A stretch of 64,000 nucleotides of DNA from Promethearchaeota archaeon (GCA_019058445.1 JAHPZA010000009.1:32001-96000), one strand, 5' to 3'. Shown: positions 50,514 through 61,174, counted from the first letter of the stretch. The notes: generated by a model not told the origin, from the sequence alone. Translations and numbers: made by a program.

Positions 50514-50819
50514 TTAATCTTTTAAGATTCTTGGAGCTTTAAAATACCCATCCTTTTTATGTTGCGCATTTTTTAAAACTTCCTCATTAGAAAGGCTTTT
50601 CCAAGGAACATCTTCTCTAAACACATTCTTTAAGCCATCAATCGGATGTGTTGTGGGCTCGACGTCTGTGGTGTCCAAGTCATTTAATTTTTGAAAATAA
50701 GAGATTATATTATTTAATTGTTTGGAGAATTTTTCTTTCTCTTCCTCAGTTAAATCTAATAACGCTAATTTCGAAACATGATCAATAGTTTCTTTTGAAA
50801 ATTCTTCTTTTTTTGACAT
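50514..50819 (-). CDS. gatC: Asp-tRNA(Asn)/Glu-tRNA(Gln) amidotransferase subunit C
   Basis: 'HVSKLALL.L.EEE', 'LDT.DVEPT.HP', 'NVFRED', 'DGYFKAPRI'. Confidence 0.93.
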   Translation of the reverse strand: MSKKEEFSKETIDHVSKLALLDLTEEEKEKFSKQLNNIISYFQKLNDLDTTDVEPTTHPIDGLKNVFREDVPWKSLSNEEVLKNAQHKKDGYFKAPRILKD

Positions 50820-50979
50820 GAGCAATAGAAAATAAATAATAATTTGTATTCAATCGATAATAATGTATTGTACTAATTAAGCTTAATTCTAAAGAAATTA
50901 AATAGAAATTGAATAAAATAAAAGAGATGTTATAACAAAGTTACCAATCATAATCATTTGGATCTGGGATTTACTATTC

Positions 50980-53172
50980 TTAAGTCATAAGAGAAATCTC
51001 TTTAGGAATAAAGGGAACAATTATTTTCAATTCTATTAACGATTCTATAGCATTTATTACTAAATCTTTATTTTGTTCGCTGACTATGTTAAGTACAGTT
51101 TCTAATTCAAACTTATTTTTATCTTTTGAAATTGAAATAATATTATTAATCACACGAGTTTCCAATTTAGTAAACTTTCTTTCTTTTGATAGTCTCATTA
51201 AATCAAATGTTTTTTGGTTTATTTCAAAAAATTCCTTATAATATAATTCATAGTGGTTATTTACAAATGAAGCAATAAGCTCTTCAAATTCATCAAGTAT
51301 CCCCTTCCAATTTTTTATTTGTTTCGCAAATTGGAGAAATAATTTTGATATAAACAATGCTGTATGATTTTTTAATCTTTCAGATGCTCTCTCATTAAGA
51401 ATTAGGACAACCCTTATCTCTTCTCTTTCCATAATCAAGCATATAAAATGTCTAAAGTCTAATTCATTTAATTTTTCAATGCCAAACTCCTCCTTTAATT
51501 CTATTAAACCATTCTTTTCTATAGATCTTCGGGTAATCTCTTCGCTTATAGTCATGATAGCTTGAATAAAACCTGAAAACATTACTTCCTCCTCCCCTTC
51601 TAAGAATGTATAATTTTTAAAATACATTAAATTCCCGCCCTCCCTATGACTTATTACAATTGCTTGGATATTTTTAATATCTTTATATTTCTGTGTTCTT
51701 TGTAGTAAATATCGCTCCATTTTTCTTTTTCTTGGGGCTAAATAATATGTTCTCAGGCTTATAACTCCTAAAACCCCACTTACAGCAAATAATATACTTA
51801 AGATTATCCAATTAAGCCCTGATTCTTGTATGATTTTATTTGAATCTCCATTTTCATCTGATTCAGGAGTAATTATGACATATGATATATAAAGATAAAC
51901 CTCATCAATCGAAATGTTAATATTCTGATCTAAATGAAATTCATCTGCAATAAAAACTTGAATCGATAAGTTCACAGAGTCTGTAGGAGGTGAAAGATAT
52001 AAATTTATTTCATTAAAGGTGGTGTTAATTTGGCTTAGTTTAATGGTTATTGGATGAAATTGACCATTTAAATGAATTCTAATCTCTGAATTTATAGATA
52101 AAGTGGTTTTGGTCCAATTTTGACTAATTTTATATTTAAAATTTAAGTGTGCTTCTGTACTTAAAACTTTGTAATTTTCAGAACTGAGTTTATTAAGTTC
52201 ATCTCCATTTTGATTCCAGGAAACAGTCGTTAATTGATTAATCTTTTTCTCATAAGTAAAAGTGAAATTCAGATAATTAATTATTAAATCATTAAAAGTA
52301 TCTTCATCAATTCCTGTTGCACTATTATCTTCCGTAAATAATTTCATTCCTAATGTTACAGTAAAATTACAGTGGTCTGTACTTAAAACTGAAGAAAGAT
52401 AAAAGATCAGAACTTCTTGAGGAACAGTTATCATATATGTATCTGATAAAATATCCGTGCCAGGAGGGTTACCCCTGCCTAATTCTTCTGTTTGAAAATA
52501 AGCAATTTCATACACTTTATTTTTTTCCAAATCTGAAACTAAAACGTAAAATCTGACATAATCTCCAACAACATAACTATTCATATAAGTTGTAGGCCAT
52601 CCAGATTTAGCCAAGGTATCTCCAGATCGATCAAGATTTTCATCTACCGAGGCATTAACTCTAGCTTGAATGGATGCAGAAGTGATAATAAAATCTGAAA
52701 TATCAACAGGCATGCTAATATTTTTGTCCCAATGAACACTTGGATTTTGATTGGCTGTCATATCATCGTAAGTATGACGAACCCAACATCCTTCAGAAGT
52801 AATTTCATGATATTGAGTTTTATTTGGAAAATTAGGATTATTTACTTCTGTCCAATTTGAAGCGGTAGGAGGATCTGCAATTAATGAAAAAGTTTTTTTT
52901 TCTCCCAACACCTCGAAATTTGCTACACCCTCTCTAATTGAAGCATTAACATCTTTTTTATCCCCACTAATAGATTTTTTCCATGATGTTTGAGAACTAA
53001 AATCAGAATTGTTTAACCATTGCCTCTTCCCACTTATTTGACCTGAACTGTGGGGAACTTTTTGGCTATATACATCGATCGAGGTTATCATAGTTCCTAC
53101 ATAAACAAAGTGATAATGAAATGTAAAAATAATAAATAATACTATTAAGCCCAGATTTCTCTTATATTTCAA
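50980..53172 (-). CDS. Single-pass membrane protein: beta-rich ectodomain + TM + cytoplasmic longin-like and winged-helix-like domains
   Basis: N-terminal signal anchor; TM 'WIILSILFAVSGVLGVISL'; tail 'IVISHREGGNLMY...MFSGFIQAIMTISEEI...IRVVLIL...ASERL' aligns by eye with the tail of 19575-22931. Confidence 0.7.
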   Translation of the reverse strand: MKYKRNLGLIVLFIIFTFHYHFVYVGTMITSIDVYSQKVPHSSGQISGKRQWLNNSDFSSQTSWKKSISGDKKDVNASIREGVANFEVLGEKKTFSLIADPPTASNWTEVNNPNFPNKTQYHEITSEGCWVRHTYDDMTANQNPSVHWDKNISMPVDISDFIITSASIQARVNASVDENLDRSGDTLAKSGWPTTYMNSYVVGDYVRFYVLVSDLEKNKVYEIAYFQTEELGRGNPPGTDILSDTYMITVPQEVLIFYLSSVLSTDHCNFTVTLGMKLFTEDNSATGIDEDTFNDLIINYLNFTFTYEKKINQLTTVSWNQNGDELNKLSSENYKVLSTEAHLNFKYKISQNWTKTTLSINSEIRIHLNGQFHPITIKLSQINTTFNEINLYLSPPTDSVNLSIQVFIADEFHLDQNINISIDEVYLYISYVIITPESDENGDSNKIIQESGLNWIILSILFAVSGVLGVISLRTYYLAPRKRKMERYLLQRTQKYKDIKNIQAIVISHREGGNLMYFKNYTFLEGEEEVMFSGFIQAIMTISEEITRRSIEKNGLIELKEEFGIEKLNELDFRHFICLIMEREEIRVVLILNERASERLKNHTALFISKLFLQFAKQIKNWKGILDEFEELIASFVNNHYELYYKEFFEINQKTFDLMRLSKERKFTKLETRVINNIISISKDKNKFELETVLNIVSEQNKDLVINAIESLIELKIIVPFIPKEISLMT

Positions 53173-53465
53173 TAAGAACCCTCAGATCTAAATGTAATAT
53201 TAAATTGATACAAAAACCCGTATTTATATGAGTTTATTGAGTTATATTGGAACAAGTAATAATATGGATTTAAACTATTTAATACTTTTTCAATTTATAC
53301 CTTAATGTGGAAAAGTTAGAAAGGTTTTCTCCCATGAAAAAAAGGAAAATTATTACTAATTCTCCTCGATTTTACTCATCTAACACTTTTCTTAATAAAA
53401 ATAATGGATTCAATTATTTACGTAAAAACAAATTTAGATTTAATTTTATTTAGATAAAAAAAAAT

Positions 53466-54191
53466 CTAATTTTTTTTAGATATTCGTTTTTCTATCCATT
53501 CTGGCAAATAAAATCCCCAATAGAACTCTATAGTACTAGTTAAGACTAATAATCTCATTATGACTACCGTGGCGATATGAATCGGTAATATAGCATCTAC
53601 GAGACCACCTACCGCATAGGTTAAGAATGCTAAAATAAGCAATTTTCCTTTTAGCTTATTTTCAGGCTTTTCTGACCTTAGAGACTCTCGAGCAAATAGA
53701 ATTCCCGTCATTTCAAGAATAACTATTAAAAAGAGAATATAAAAAAGAACAAAACTTTTATATTCTACATTGACAGGCCCAGTTAATTCTCCGATTTGAG
53801 AAGGATCAGCAAATAGAAAATAGAAGAAAATGGATTCAAAAATAACAGCTGTAATGGAAAATAATAAAAGAATCATTTTCTGCTTGTCTTTATATAAAAA
53901 CTCCGTAAATGCGGTTAACCACACAATCATAAAGAATGGAAGTAAAGAAATTCCAAGGATAAAATAAAGTTCAGGATTAAGTGGTGCGCCTGTTGTTAGA
54001 ACCAATATAAAGGAGACACTAGATGGATACCACGGAGTAACTACTCCAATCCATGTGACTCCCACAAGTACGAATGTTTTTTGCCTATATTCAAAATATT
54101 TTGAAGCTATTTTTAATCCTACAATTATTGAGATAATAACAATAATGATACTAAACAAGCCAGATATAAACTCAACCGTTGATAATTCCAT
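53466..54191 (-). CDS. Stand-alone seven-transmembrane protein
   Basis: Seven hydrophobic segments in 241 aa, no soluble output domain. Confidence 0.7.
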   Translation of the reverse strand: MELSTVEFISGLFSIIIVIISIIVGLKIASKYFEYRQKTFVLVGVTWIGVVTPWYPSSVSFILVLTTGAPLNPELYFILGISLLPFFMIVWLTAFTEFLYKDKQKMILLLFSITAVIFESIFFYFLFADPSQIGELTGPVNVEYKSFVLFYILFLIVILEMTGILFARESLRSEKPENKLKGKLLILAFLTYAVGGLVDAILPIHIATVVIMRLLVLTSTIEFYWGFYLPEWIEKRISKKN

Positions 54192-54406
54192 AAAATCCCC
54201 TTTTATTTTGATAAATTTTTTTCTAACTCAAATATAGTAGAAAATATATATAAAGCTTTTCAATAAGAGTGAGGATCTTTTTATTACAATAGTATTTTTC
54301 AATCCTCTCATATCTTCTATAAATTATAAGATAAAAAAATTAATTATCTTAAAATATTAAAGTAATTAGATTAATACCATTTAACATATTAAAATTAAGA
54401 CGAATT

Positions 54407-54781
54407 ATGACAGAAAAACAAAAAGAAGATTTAAGGTTAGAAATCCCTAGCTATGCGTGGATCTCCTTAGCTCGAAGAGGCATGGAAAAAATAAGCCTTG
54501 ATCAATGCTTCCTAAAAAACTGTGATAATGAGGACCCAAAATTGTTAGAACCTTTCGAGAAGAAAGAGTTTGAAGAGGAAAATAAGCATATTAAAATCAT
54601 TTCAATTAAATGCAAAAAATGCAATGGAATTTTTAAATTCAAATTAGAAACTCTTAAAAAAGTAGCGAAACCTACAATAAAGAGTAAAGGTGAAGATGAT
54701 GATGAGGGCGCATTATCTATGGGAATTGTTTATGCTTTAGATGAAAATGATAACAATTTAGGGCATATTGGTTATTTTTAA
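54407..54781 (+). CDS. Hypothetical protein, possible zinc ribbon
   Basis: 'CFLKNC' and 'CKKC' cysteine pairs. Confidence 0.65.
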   Translation: MTEKQKEDLRLEIPSYAWISLARRGMEKISLDQCFLKNCDNEDPKLLEPFEKKEFEEENKHIKIISIKCKKCNGIFKFKLETLKKVAKPTIKSKGEDDDEGALSMGIVYALDENDNNLGHIGYF

Positions 54782-54932
54782 TTATTCTAATCAATAATTC
54801 TATTCTTTTTTTAATTTTTAAAGAGAATTATTGTGTTGTATATCTAAAGAAAACAATTCTTAATATCACTTAAATTTCTTTTAAAAAGGAGGAATAGAAA
54901 AATTAATAACTAGTAATTAATGGGAATTAGTA

Positions 54933-55706
54933 ATGAAAGAAATAGATTATGATCAATTTAGCCAAATATACGATTTAAGTAGAGGGACTAATCCTAAGAC
55001 CGTTAATGATTTGGTTAAATTTACTCATATAGATCAAAATTCATTGCTTCTTGATATGGGATGTGGTACGGGCAACTATACAAATGTATTAAAACCGTTT
55101 GTAAAGAATATTATCGGGTTGGATCTTTCTATAGGCATGATTAAGAAAGCAAAAAATAAATATCCAAATTTAGAATATACAAATAGTAATATCTTATGGA
55201 TTCCTTTCCGTTCGGAAGTTTTTAATGGATTATATCTCATTCAAGTCATTCATCACATATCAAATAAATTAGACCTATTTAAAGAAGCATACCGAGTGCT
55301 TAAAAAAAATGGATATATAGCAATACATACTTGTTCTCACGATCAAATTAATACATATTGGTATACCTATTATTTTCCTGAAGGATTAAAAGCGGAACTA
55401 AAACGATTTCTTGAGATAAAAGACTTAATTTATCTACTTAAAAAGACGGGATTTTCAAAAATAGGAGTAAAGATTTGCTATTATGATACGGTTATTTTGA
55501 ATCAATCCCCAAAAAATTATTTAGACAAAAACTTTCGGAATGGAGATTCTTTCTTTTCATTAATGGAAGAGGATGAAATAGAAGCAGGATGTAAAAAACT
55601 ACAAGATGACATAAAATCCGGTGTTATTAATAAAATCCTGGAAGAATATAAGGAAAGAGTAACCTTGTACGGAGGATCTCTAATTATTTATGGTCAAAAG
55701 CTATAA
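54933..55706 (+). CDS. Class I SAM-dependent methyltransferase (UbiE-like)
   Basis: 'LLDMGCGTG', 'GLDLS..M', 'VIHH', 'RVLKKNG'. Confidence 0.9.
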   Translation: MKEIDYDQFSQIYDLSRGTNPKTVNDLVKFTHIDQNSLLLDMGCGTGNYTNVLKPFVKNIIGLDLSIGMIKKAKNKYPNLEYTNSNILWIPFRSEVFNGLYLIQVIHHISNKLDLFKEAYRVLKKNGYIAIHTCSHDQINTYWYTYYFPEGLKAELKRFLEIKDLIYLLKKTGFSKIGVKICYYDTVILNQSPKNYLDKNFRNGDSFFSLMEEDEIEAGCKKLQDDIKSGVINKILEEYKERVTLYGGSLIIYGQKL

Positions 55707-55771
55707 GAGATTAATCTTTAATAAATTTAGAAATTATATTGATTCTACTAAAAAACTGATGATGATTGTTT

Positions 55772-56416
55772 TTATCTAGGAATAAGTTCTATTAAACTTT
55801 CAGGACAGCTGGTAACACAAAGACCGCAACCAAAACATAAATCTTGCTTAAAAACAATATTATTGTTAGAGTCTAATACTCTTGCTCCAAAGTGACATCG
55901 ATCGACACAAACCCCACATTGTTTACATGATTTTTGGTTGAAAGTTGCAACAAACTCGCTTTTTTTTACCAATCCTTTCATATTCATCAATTTAAGTCCT
56001 TGGAGCGCTTGGCAACAACAACTACAACAGCTACAAATTTCAAGGGGGAATTGATCTGTATTATTCGATTGATGCATCGCTAAATGGACTAGTCCTCGTT
56101 CATGAGTCTCAGAAACAATGGCCATTGCCTCTTTAATAGTAATATATTTTGCCCTTCCACTCTTAACAAATATTTCAGCCCTTTTATTAAGTAAGATACA
56201 GGTATTTCGCGGCATGCTACAATTTTGAAGACTCGTTCGACAAACACAATCTCCCAGAGCAATTTTTTCAGCCTGCAATAGAATTTGAGTAGCTCTAGTT
56301 AGATCGAGTGCAAATTGTCTATTTTCAATAGAAATATTCACAGGAATGGTAATAGCCTGCCATTTTTTTTTGAAATTAAGAAGTTTCGTCTCCGACCATC
56401 TTTTAAACTCATTCAT
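55772..56416 (-). CDS. Cys-rich 4Fe-4S dicluster protein
   Basis: 'CVCR', 'ICSCCSCCC', two CxxCxxCxxxC motifs. Confidence 0.88.
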   Translation of the reverse strand: MNEFKRWSETKLLNFKKKWQAITIPVNISIENRQFALDLTRATQILLQAEKIALGDCVCRTSLQNCSMPRNTCILLNKRAEIFVKSGRAKYITIKEAMAIVSETHERGLVHLAMHQSNNTDQFPLEICSCCSCCCQALQGLKLMNMKGLVKKSEFVATFNQKSCKQCGVCVDRCHFGARVLDSNNNIVFKQDLCFGCGLCVTSCPESLIELIPR

Positions 56417-56753
56417 TTAGGGATCATCCTCCTATTTTAAATTGACTATGTTACATCTAATAAGTATGTTATGACGTTCTTTAGCAATGGGATTTCTTTA
56501 TACTGTATATGAATGTAATAACAATTTAAGGCATATGGGTTGTTTTTAGATGTTTTAATTATATTTTCTGAATTTAATTTAGCTAATTCTATTTTTCTTG
56601 ATTATTATAATTATTTTAAGAAATATAATTTTAGCTTATAATTCATTATCATTAACTGCCTTAAACTAGTACGTAAACAAGAAGTGAAAGATAAAAAATA
56701 AAAATGCAAATTTCTTCTTATTTAATATTGATTATCCTAAGAGGATCGCCCAA

Positions 56754-58475
56754 ATGCCGACAAAATTAGGAGAAGAAGATTTATTACGGAAAAAAGTCTG
56801 GAAAATAATTAATTTAATCCAAGCGAATCAACTTTTCGTACATTCTCAAAATTTGATAATACAATATATAGACGAGAAAAATAAGCTTCAGACTAAAACT
56901 TTACCAGAGATTTTAAGTTTATGTGTATTAAATGCATTAGTACCCAATTCTGCCATGCTATTAATCGGTGGCCACGGAGGTGGAAAAACGACCCTCGTTA
57001 AATTGCTAGGCAGAATGTTTACCGCAAATTCACTAAGTGAGATAGAAAACTCTATTATCCGGGGACATCCACAACTTACAGAGGAAAAATTAGTAGGTAC
57101 GCTTAAATTGGGAAAATTAATGCATGAAGGGGAAGAAGAAGTTGTATGGCGGCAATTTGTCACAAATTTTTGGAAAATAATTGATGAAGTTAATCGATTA
57201 ACTCCCTATGCTCAAGATATATTATTATCTTTATTGGCAGAGGGTACTGTGAAATATTACGATTCAATTACCACAATAAGTAAATACTGTCTCTTTGCTA
57301 CCATTAATCCACAAGATGTTGGAACTTTTGAATTGAGCAATCCCTTCAAAGATCGCTATGGGATATCCGTTCCTATCTCTATGCCAGCTAGTCAAGATTT
57401 GCAATTAATACTTAGTGGGAAAGATGAGAAATATAGTGGATGGGATGAGCTTATCCAAGTACCAAAAGTTTTGACCATCGATGAATTAATGGAAATTTGG
57501 TATCATGTAAATAAGGTTCGCTATGAAAGCGACGTGAATAATTATATCCATGCCATCATTAGAGAATTTACGTTATGTGCAAGAATTAACAAGGGTAATA
57601 CTGAAGATTTAAAACCAAGTACAGGGCTCTGCTCAGGGTGCCATTTTAATACCGCTCAAAATATTTGTAATAAGATAGATTCAATTCTCTCAGTTAGAGT
57701 TGCGAAGGATCTTTTAAGGTATTCAAAAGCATTAGCTTGGCTAATGGGCTTAGATAAAATTGATATTAACATTGTCAATACCATTGCACCTTATGTGATA
57801 TCTCATAGAGTTAGTTATGTAAAAAGAGACCTCGAAAATGCTCCATACTGGGGAAATAAGTATGAATTTAGCAAAAATATTTTAAGTTTAATCCAAAAAA
57901 GATTTAAAACACGAGAAATTTGTTATCAAATCGCAGAACGATTTCGAAATGGGATTCCCAAGCAAGCAGATTTAGCTGAGCTAAAAAAGTATCAAAAAAG
58001 CGATTTAATTGTAAAATATGATTTATTTCCATTCATAGAATCTATTAAGGACAAAGATTATTCTAATTTAGCACAAAAGATCAATGATGCAAGCAAAAAG
58101 GGTAATATTGAAGAATTATCAAAAATTAGGAATAATTTATTAGAAGATCTTGATTTTCCAAATCGAGCTGATTTAATAAATAAATGCAATTTAGAATTAT
58201 ACAAGCAGACCGTAACAGATTTTGTATTTAAATATCGTGATAATAAAGAAATATGGGCGGATATTGCATCTGAATTTTCAAATTTGGATGGACCTATTAA
58301 GGAAGCTTTTAGTAGAAGACAAACGAAACAAATCAGATCTGAAGACTTATTGTTAGAAATTAACGTGACTGGCACTGATGATGATTCTATAGTGAATATG
58401 CAAATATCGGGAGGTTCAGAAGCTTTAAGATTAATAAAAGTTCTGGAAAATAAAGAGTATATTCAAGAGGAATGA
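56754..58475 (+). CDS. MoxR-like AAA+ ATPase
   Basis: Walker A GGHGGGKT; Walker B 'IIDEVNR'; 'FATINP'; 'F.DR'; internal 'CSGCHF...C'. Confidence 0.85.
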   Translation: MPTKLGEEDLLRKKVWKIINLIQANQLFVHSQNLIIQYIDEKNKLQTKTLPEILSLCVLNALVPNSAMLLIGGHGGGKTTLVKLLGRMFTANSLSEIENSIIRGHPQLTEEKLVGTLKLGKLMHEGEEEVVWRQFVTNFWKIIDEVNRLTPYAQDILLSLLAEGTVKYYDSITTISKYCLFATINPQDVGTFELSNPFKDRYGISVPISMPASQDLQLILSGKDEKYSGWDELIQVPKVLTIDELMEIWYHVNKVRYESDVNNYIHAIIREFTLCARINKGNTEDLKPSTGLCSGCHFNTAQNICNKIDSILSVRVAKDLLRYSKALAWLMGLDKIDINIVNTIAPYVISHRVSYVKRDLENAPYWGNKYEFSKNILSLIQKRFKTREICYQIAERFRNGIPKQADLAELKKYQKSDLIVKYDLFPFIESIKDKDYSNLAQKINDASKKGNIEELSKIRNNLLEDLDFPNRADLINKCNLELYKQTVTDFVFKYRDNKEIWADIASEFSNLDGPIKEAFSRRQTKQIRSEDLLLEINVTGTDDDSIVNMQISGGSEALRLIKVLENKEYIQEE

Positions 58476-58682
58476 TAATCTAGGTTCCTTTTTAAATCAA
58501 TGAATTATAAAGAATAAGTCTTTTAGTAAATCACCTTTTTTTTTATAACCAATTATTGGACTCTATAAATCTTATATTTTAAGGAGTGATATTAATACAA
58601 TAGTGCTTTCAGTCTTTAAGATTTACCAGAACACATTAAAAAGAACAAATATTTTTAATAAGTTAATAATTAAGTTTAAATT

Positions 58683-59732
58683 TTGATTAAAATGGCAGTT
58701 TATACTAATGTTAGAAATAAATTTCAATTATCTACAAAAATTGAGAATAAATATAAAATTATTTCAGAAAAGGTGTTACAGTTAATTTCCTATTTTGATT
58801 CATTTGATTATCCTATTACTTTTGATGAGATTGTTTCTTTATTAAACTTTGAAAAAAACAGGATATGGATTGCTCTAAATGATTTGAGCTACCAGCAAAT
58901 CATATCTCATAAGTATAATTATTATTTTATTCCAGGTAAAGAATGGACGATTGGAGAAAGAAATAATTCGATGAATTTATTTCTTCAAAATCTACATAAA
59001 ATCATAAAATCTGGATGGATTTTATCTCATCTTCCATTTGTGAGAGGTTTACTTTTAACAGGCTCTGCTTCTAAGGAAATCATGGAAAAAAATGATGATT
59101 TTGATTTTTTAGTAATTGCTGAACCAAATCACATTTGGTTATGCCGATTAATTATTGAGATGTTTCGGAAACTTATTTCTAAAAATTTTAAATTCAAAAA
59201 TTATCGATACTTTGATTGCAATTATATTATTAGTCAAAAAAATCTCACAATTAAAGACCAGAATGAATTTACTGCTATTGAAATCTTTTTTGCTAAACCA
59301 ATTTTTAGTTATAGTAATTATAAAATGTTTATTGAACAAAATAAATGGATAAAGAAATTCTTTAAATTACCAAAAAGAAATAAATCAATTCCCTTAGTTA
59401 AACATCGAATTCAATTAGTTCAAAGTATAACTGAAAAGCTAATCAAGATATTTTTAACATTTTTTTATAGAAATAATAGATTGGAAAAATATCTTTATCT
59501 ATGTTATTATAATAAGAGTTTAAAAAGAAATAATGTTTCTTGTTTGGATGATTATAAAAAACACAAATCACTGACTCAGATTAAGAATTCGAATAATACA
59601 CAGCCTTTTATGTTACAATTGTTTAGACATTATAAAAAAAATGAATCTAGAAACAAATTGAAGACTAAGTTAATAAGAAAGCTACTTGTCCAACAAGGTA
59701 ATAATTCAATAATTGATTTTAATGAGATTTAA
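58683..59732 (+). CDS. Nucleotidyltransferase-like protein with N-terminal winged-helix-like region
   Basis: 'FDYPIT.DEI'; 'LPFVRG.LLTGS.S......DDFDFLVI....IWLCR'; 'EFTAIE'. Confidence 0.7.
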   Translation: MIKMAVYTNVRNKFQLSTKIENKYKIISEKVLQLISYFDSFDYPITFDEIVSLLNFEKNRIWIALNDLSYQQIISHKYNYYFIPGKEWTIGERNNSMNLFLQNLHKIIKSGWILSHLPFVRGLLLTGSASKEIMEKNDDFDFLVIAEPNHIWLCRLIIEMFRKLISKNFKFKNYRYFDCNYIISQKNLTIKDQNEFTAIEIFFAKPIFSYSNYKMFIEQNKWIKKFFKLPKRNKSIPLVKHRIQLVQSITEKLIKIFLTFFYRNNRLEKYLYLCYYNKSLKRNNVSCLDDYKKHKSLTQIKNSNNTQPFMLQLFRHYKKNESRNKLKTKLIRKLLVQQGNNSIIDFNEI

Positions 59733-59821
59733 ACCTATATTATTGAATTTTTTGAAAATTTATTATTAAAACACCGTAAATAGAATAAAAAATATTAGAT
59801 TAAAAGGAGCAAATATTAATA

Positions 59822-61174
59822 ATGTCAAAAATTGGAAAAATCTTTTGGTTGCTGGTCTATTTCCTCAGTCCTTTAATAACTATTTTGCTGTTTTATTTAA
59901 TAACACCAAATTTTTATCATACCCCTCTACATTTATTAGCAACTGGGTTCGCAATCGCCGCATTTGTGTGGTTAACATATGAATTCATTCTAACAGCAAG
60001 ACCTAAATTTATTGATAAAAATTTTGGTATGGATAATGTAATTAATTTTCATACGATTATGTCTATTGTTGCTTTAATGTTCGGAATCATTCACGGAATT
60101 ATTATTATTAATATAAGACGAGCCAATATTACTCAAATTGGAACTGGAGTTATTCATGTAATATTATATATTCTCCTTATGATATTGGGTCTAATTTTTT
60201 TGAGTAATACTATTTTGCTAAAAATCAATCCACTCCAAAAATTACGCGAAAAAACAATCAAGAAAAAATCAATGAAATATCATATTGCTAAAATTATCCA
60301 TAATATAACGATGATTGCAACTATTGTATTATATCTACATCTAATTGTTGCTACGGCTACGACCTATTCATTATTACTACAATTTGTATATACAGTGCAT
60401 TTTGCTTTAGCTATTATTTTTTGGGTGAATCATAAATTTATTAGAGCTTATCGCATACGAAAAGATCCTTATGTCGCAACAGAAGTGATCCAAGAGTCAT
60501 CTATAATATGGTCCTTAAAAATTTCACCAGAAAATGGTGAAATTATAAAATTTGAACCAGGACAGTATGTTTATCTTACAATTATTGGAAAAAATATCAC
60601 AAAAGAACCCCATCCTTTTACGATCTCATCGAGTCCAAATCAAAAGAAATATTTAATACTAACAATCAAAGAGTCAGGTGACTATACCTCAAATATTGGT
60701 CGAGTTAATTTAGGTGATAAAGCATATATAGATGGACCATATGGAATATTTAAACCACTAGACTCTAAATCTAATGAGCTAGTTTTTATAGCAGGAGGAG
60801 TCGGGATTACACCATTTTTAAGTGTTTTTAGATATCTAAGAGATATTAATCAAAACCGCAAGATTACGCTAATTTGGGGAGTTCGATTTCAGGAAGAAAT
60901 GATTCTTACTCAAGAAATTGAAGATCTTAAAAATTCGATGCCGAATTTAAGAGTTATTCCCGTTCTTTCAGAAGATGATAATTGGTTAGGGGAATGTGGA
61001 TTTATTAATAGAGATAAACTTGATAAATATTCGGCATGTGAGACTCCTTATGAAGCTGAGCAAAAAAAGGATTATTATATTTGCGGTCCTAAGGCTATGT
61101 CAGATAAAATCGTTCCTACTCTTAAAAAAATGGGAGTCCTCAAAAAATATATTCATATTGAAAGATTTGGTTAA
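59822..61174 (+). CDS. Ferric-reductase/NOX-like flavocytochrome (6 TM + FAD + NAD(P)H domains)
   Basis: H-x13-H and H-x12-H heme-ligand pairs; 'F.PGQY', 'HPFTISS', 'DGPYG', 'AGGVGITP', 'CGP', 'ERF'. Confidence 0.88.
   Translation: MSKIGKIFWLLVYFLSPLITILLFYLITPNFYHTPLHLLATGFAIAAFVWLTYEFILTARPKFIDKNFGMDNVINFHTIMSIVALMFGIIHGIIIINIRRANITQIGTGVIHVILYILLMILGLIFLSNTILLKINPLQKLREKTIKKKSMKYHIAKIIHNITMIATIVLYLHLIVATATTYSLLLQFVYTVHFALAIIFWVNHKFIRAYRIRKDPYVATEVIQESSIIWSLKISPENGEIIKFEPGQYVYLTIIGKNITKEPHPFTISSSPNQKKYLILTIKESGDYTSNIGRVNLGDKAYIDGPYGIFKPLDSKSNELVFIAGGVGITPFLSVFRYLRDINQNRKITLIWGVRFQEEMILTQEIEDLKNSMPNLRVIPVLSEDDNWLGECGFINRDKLDKYSACETPYEAEQKKDYYICGPKAMSDKIVPTLKKMGVLKKYIHIERFG

Noticed and set aside
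50514-50819. gatC without gatA/gatB as an anomaly
   Set aside because: Dispersed gat genes are unremarkable in archaea; the partners are probably elsewhere in the genome.
53466-54191. Rhodopsin or true GPCR assignment for the 7TM protein
   Set aside because: No Schiff-base Lys motif in helix 7 and no GPCR signature motifs; a 7TM count alone is insufficient.
11074-58475. Possible selenocysteine read-through at TGA stops (11076, 25851, 31958, 58475)
   Set aside because: The proteins appear complete at those stops, downstream frames close quickly, and no convincing SECIS was seen.
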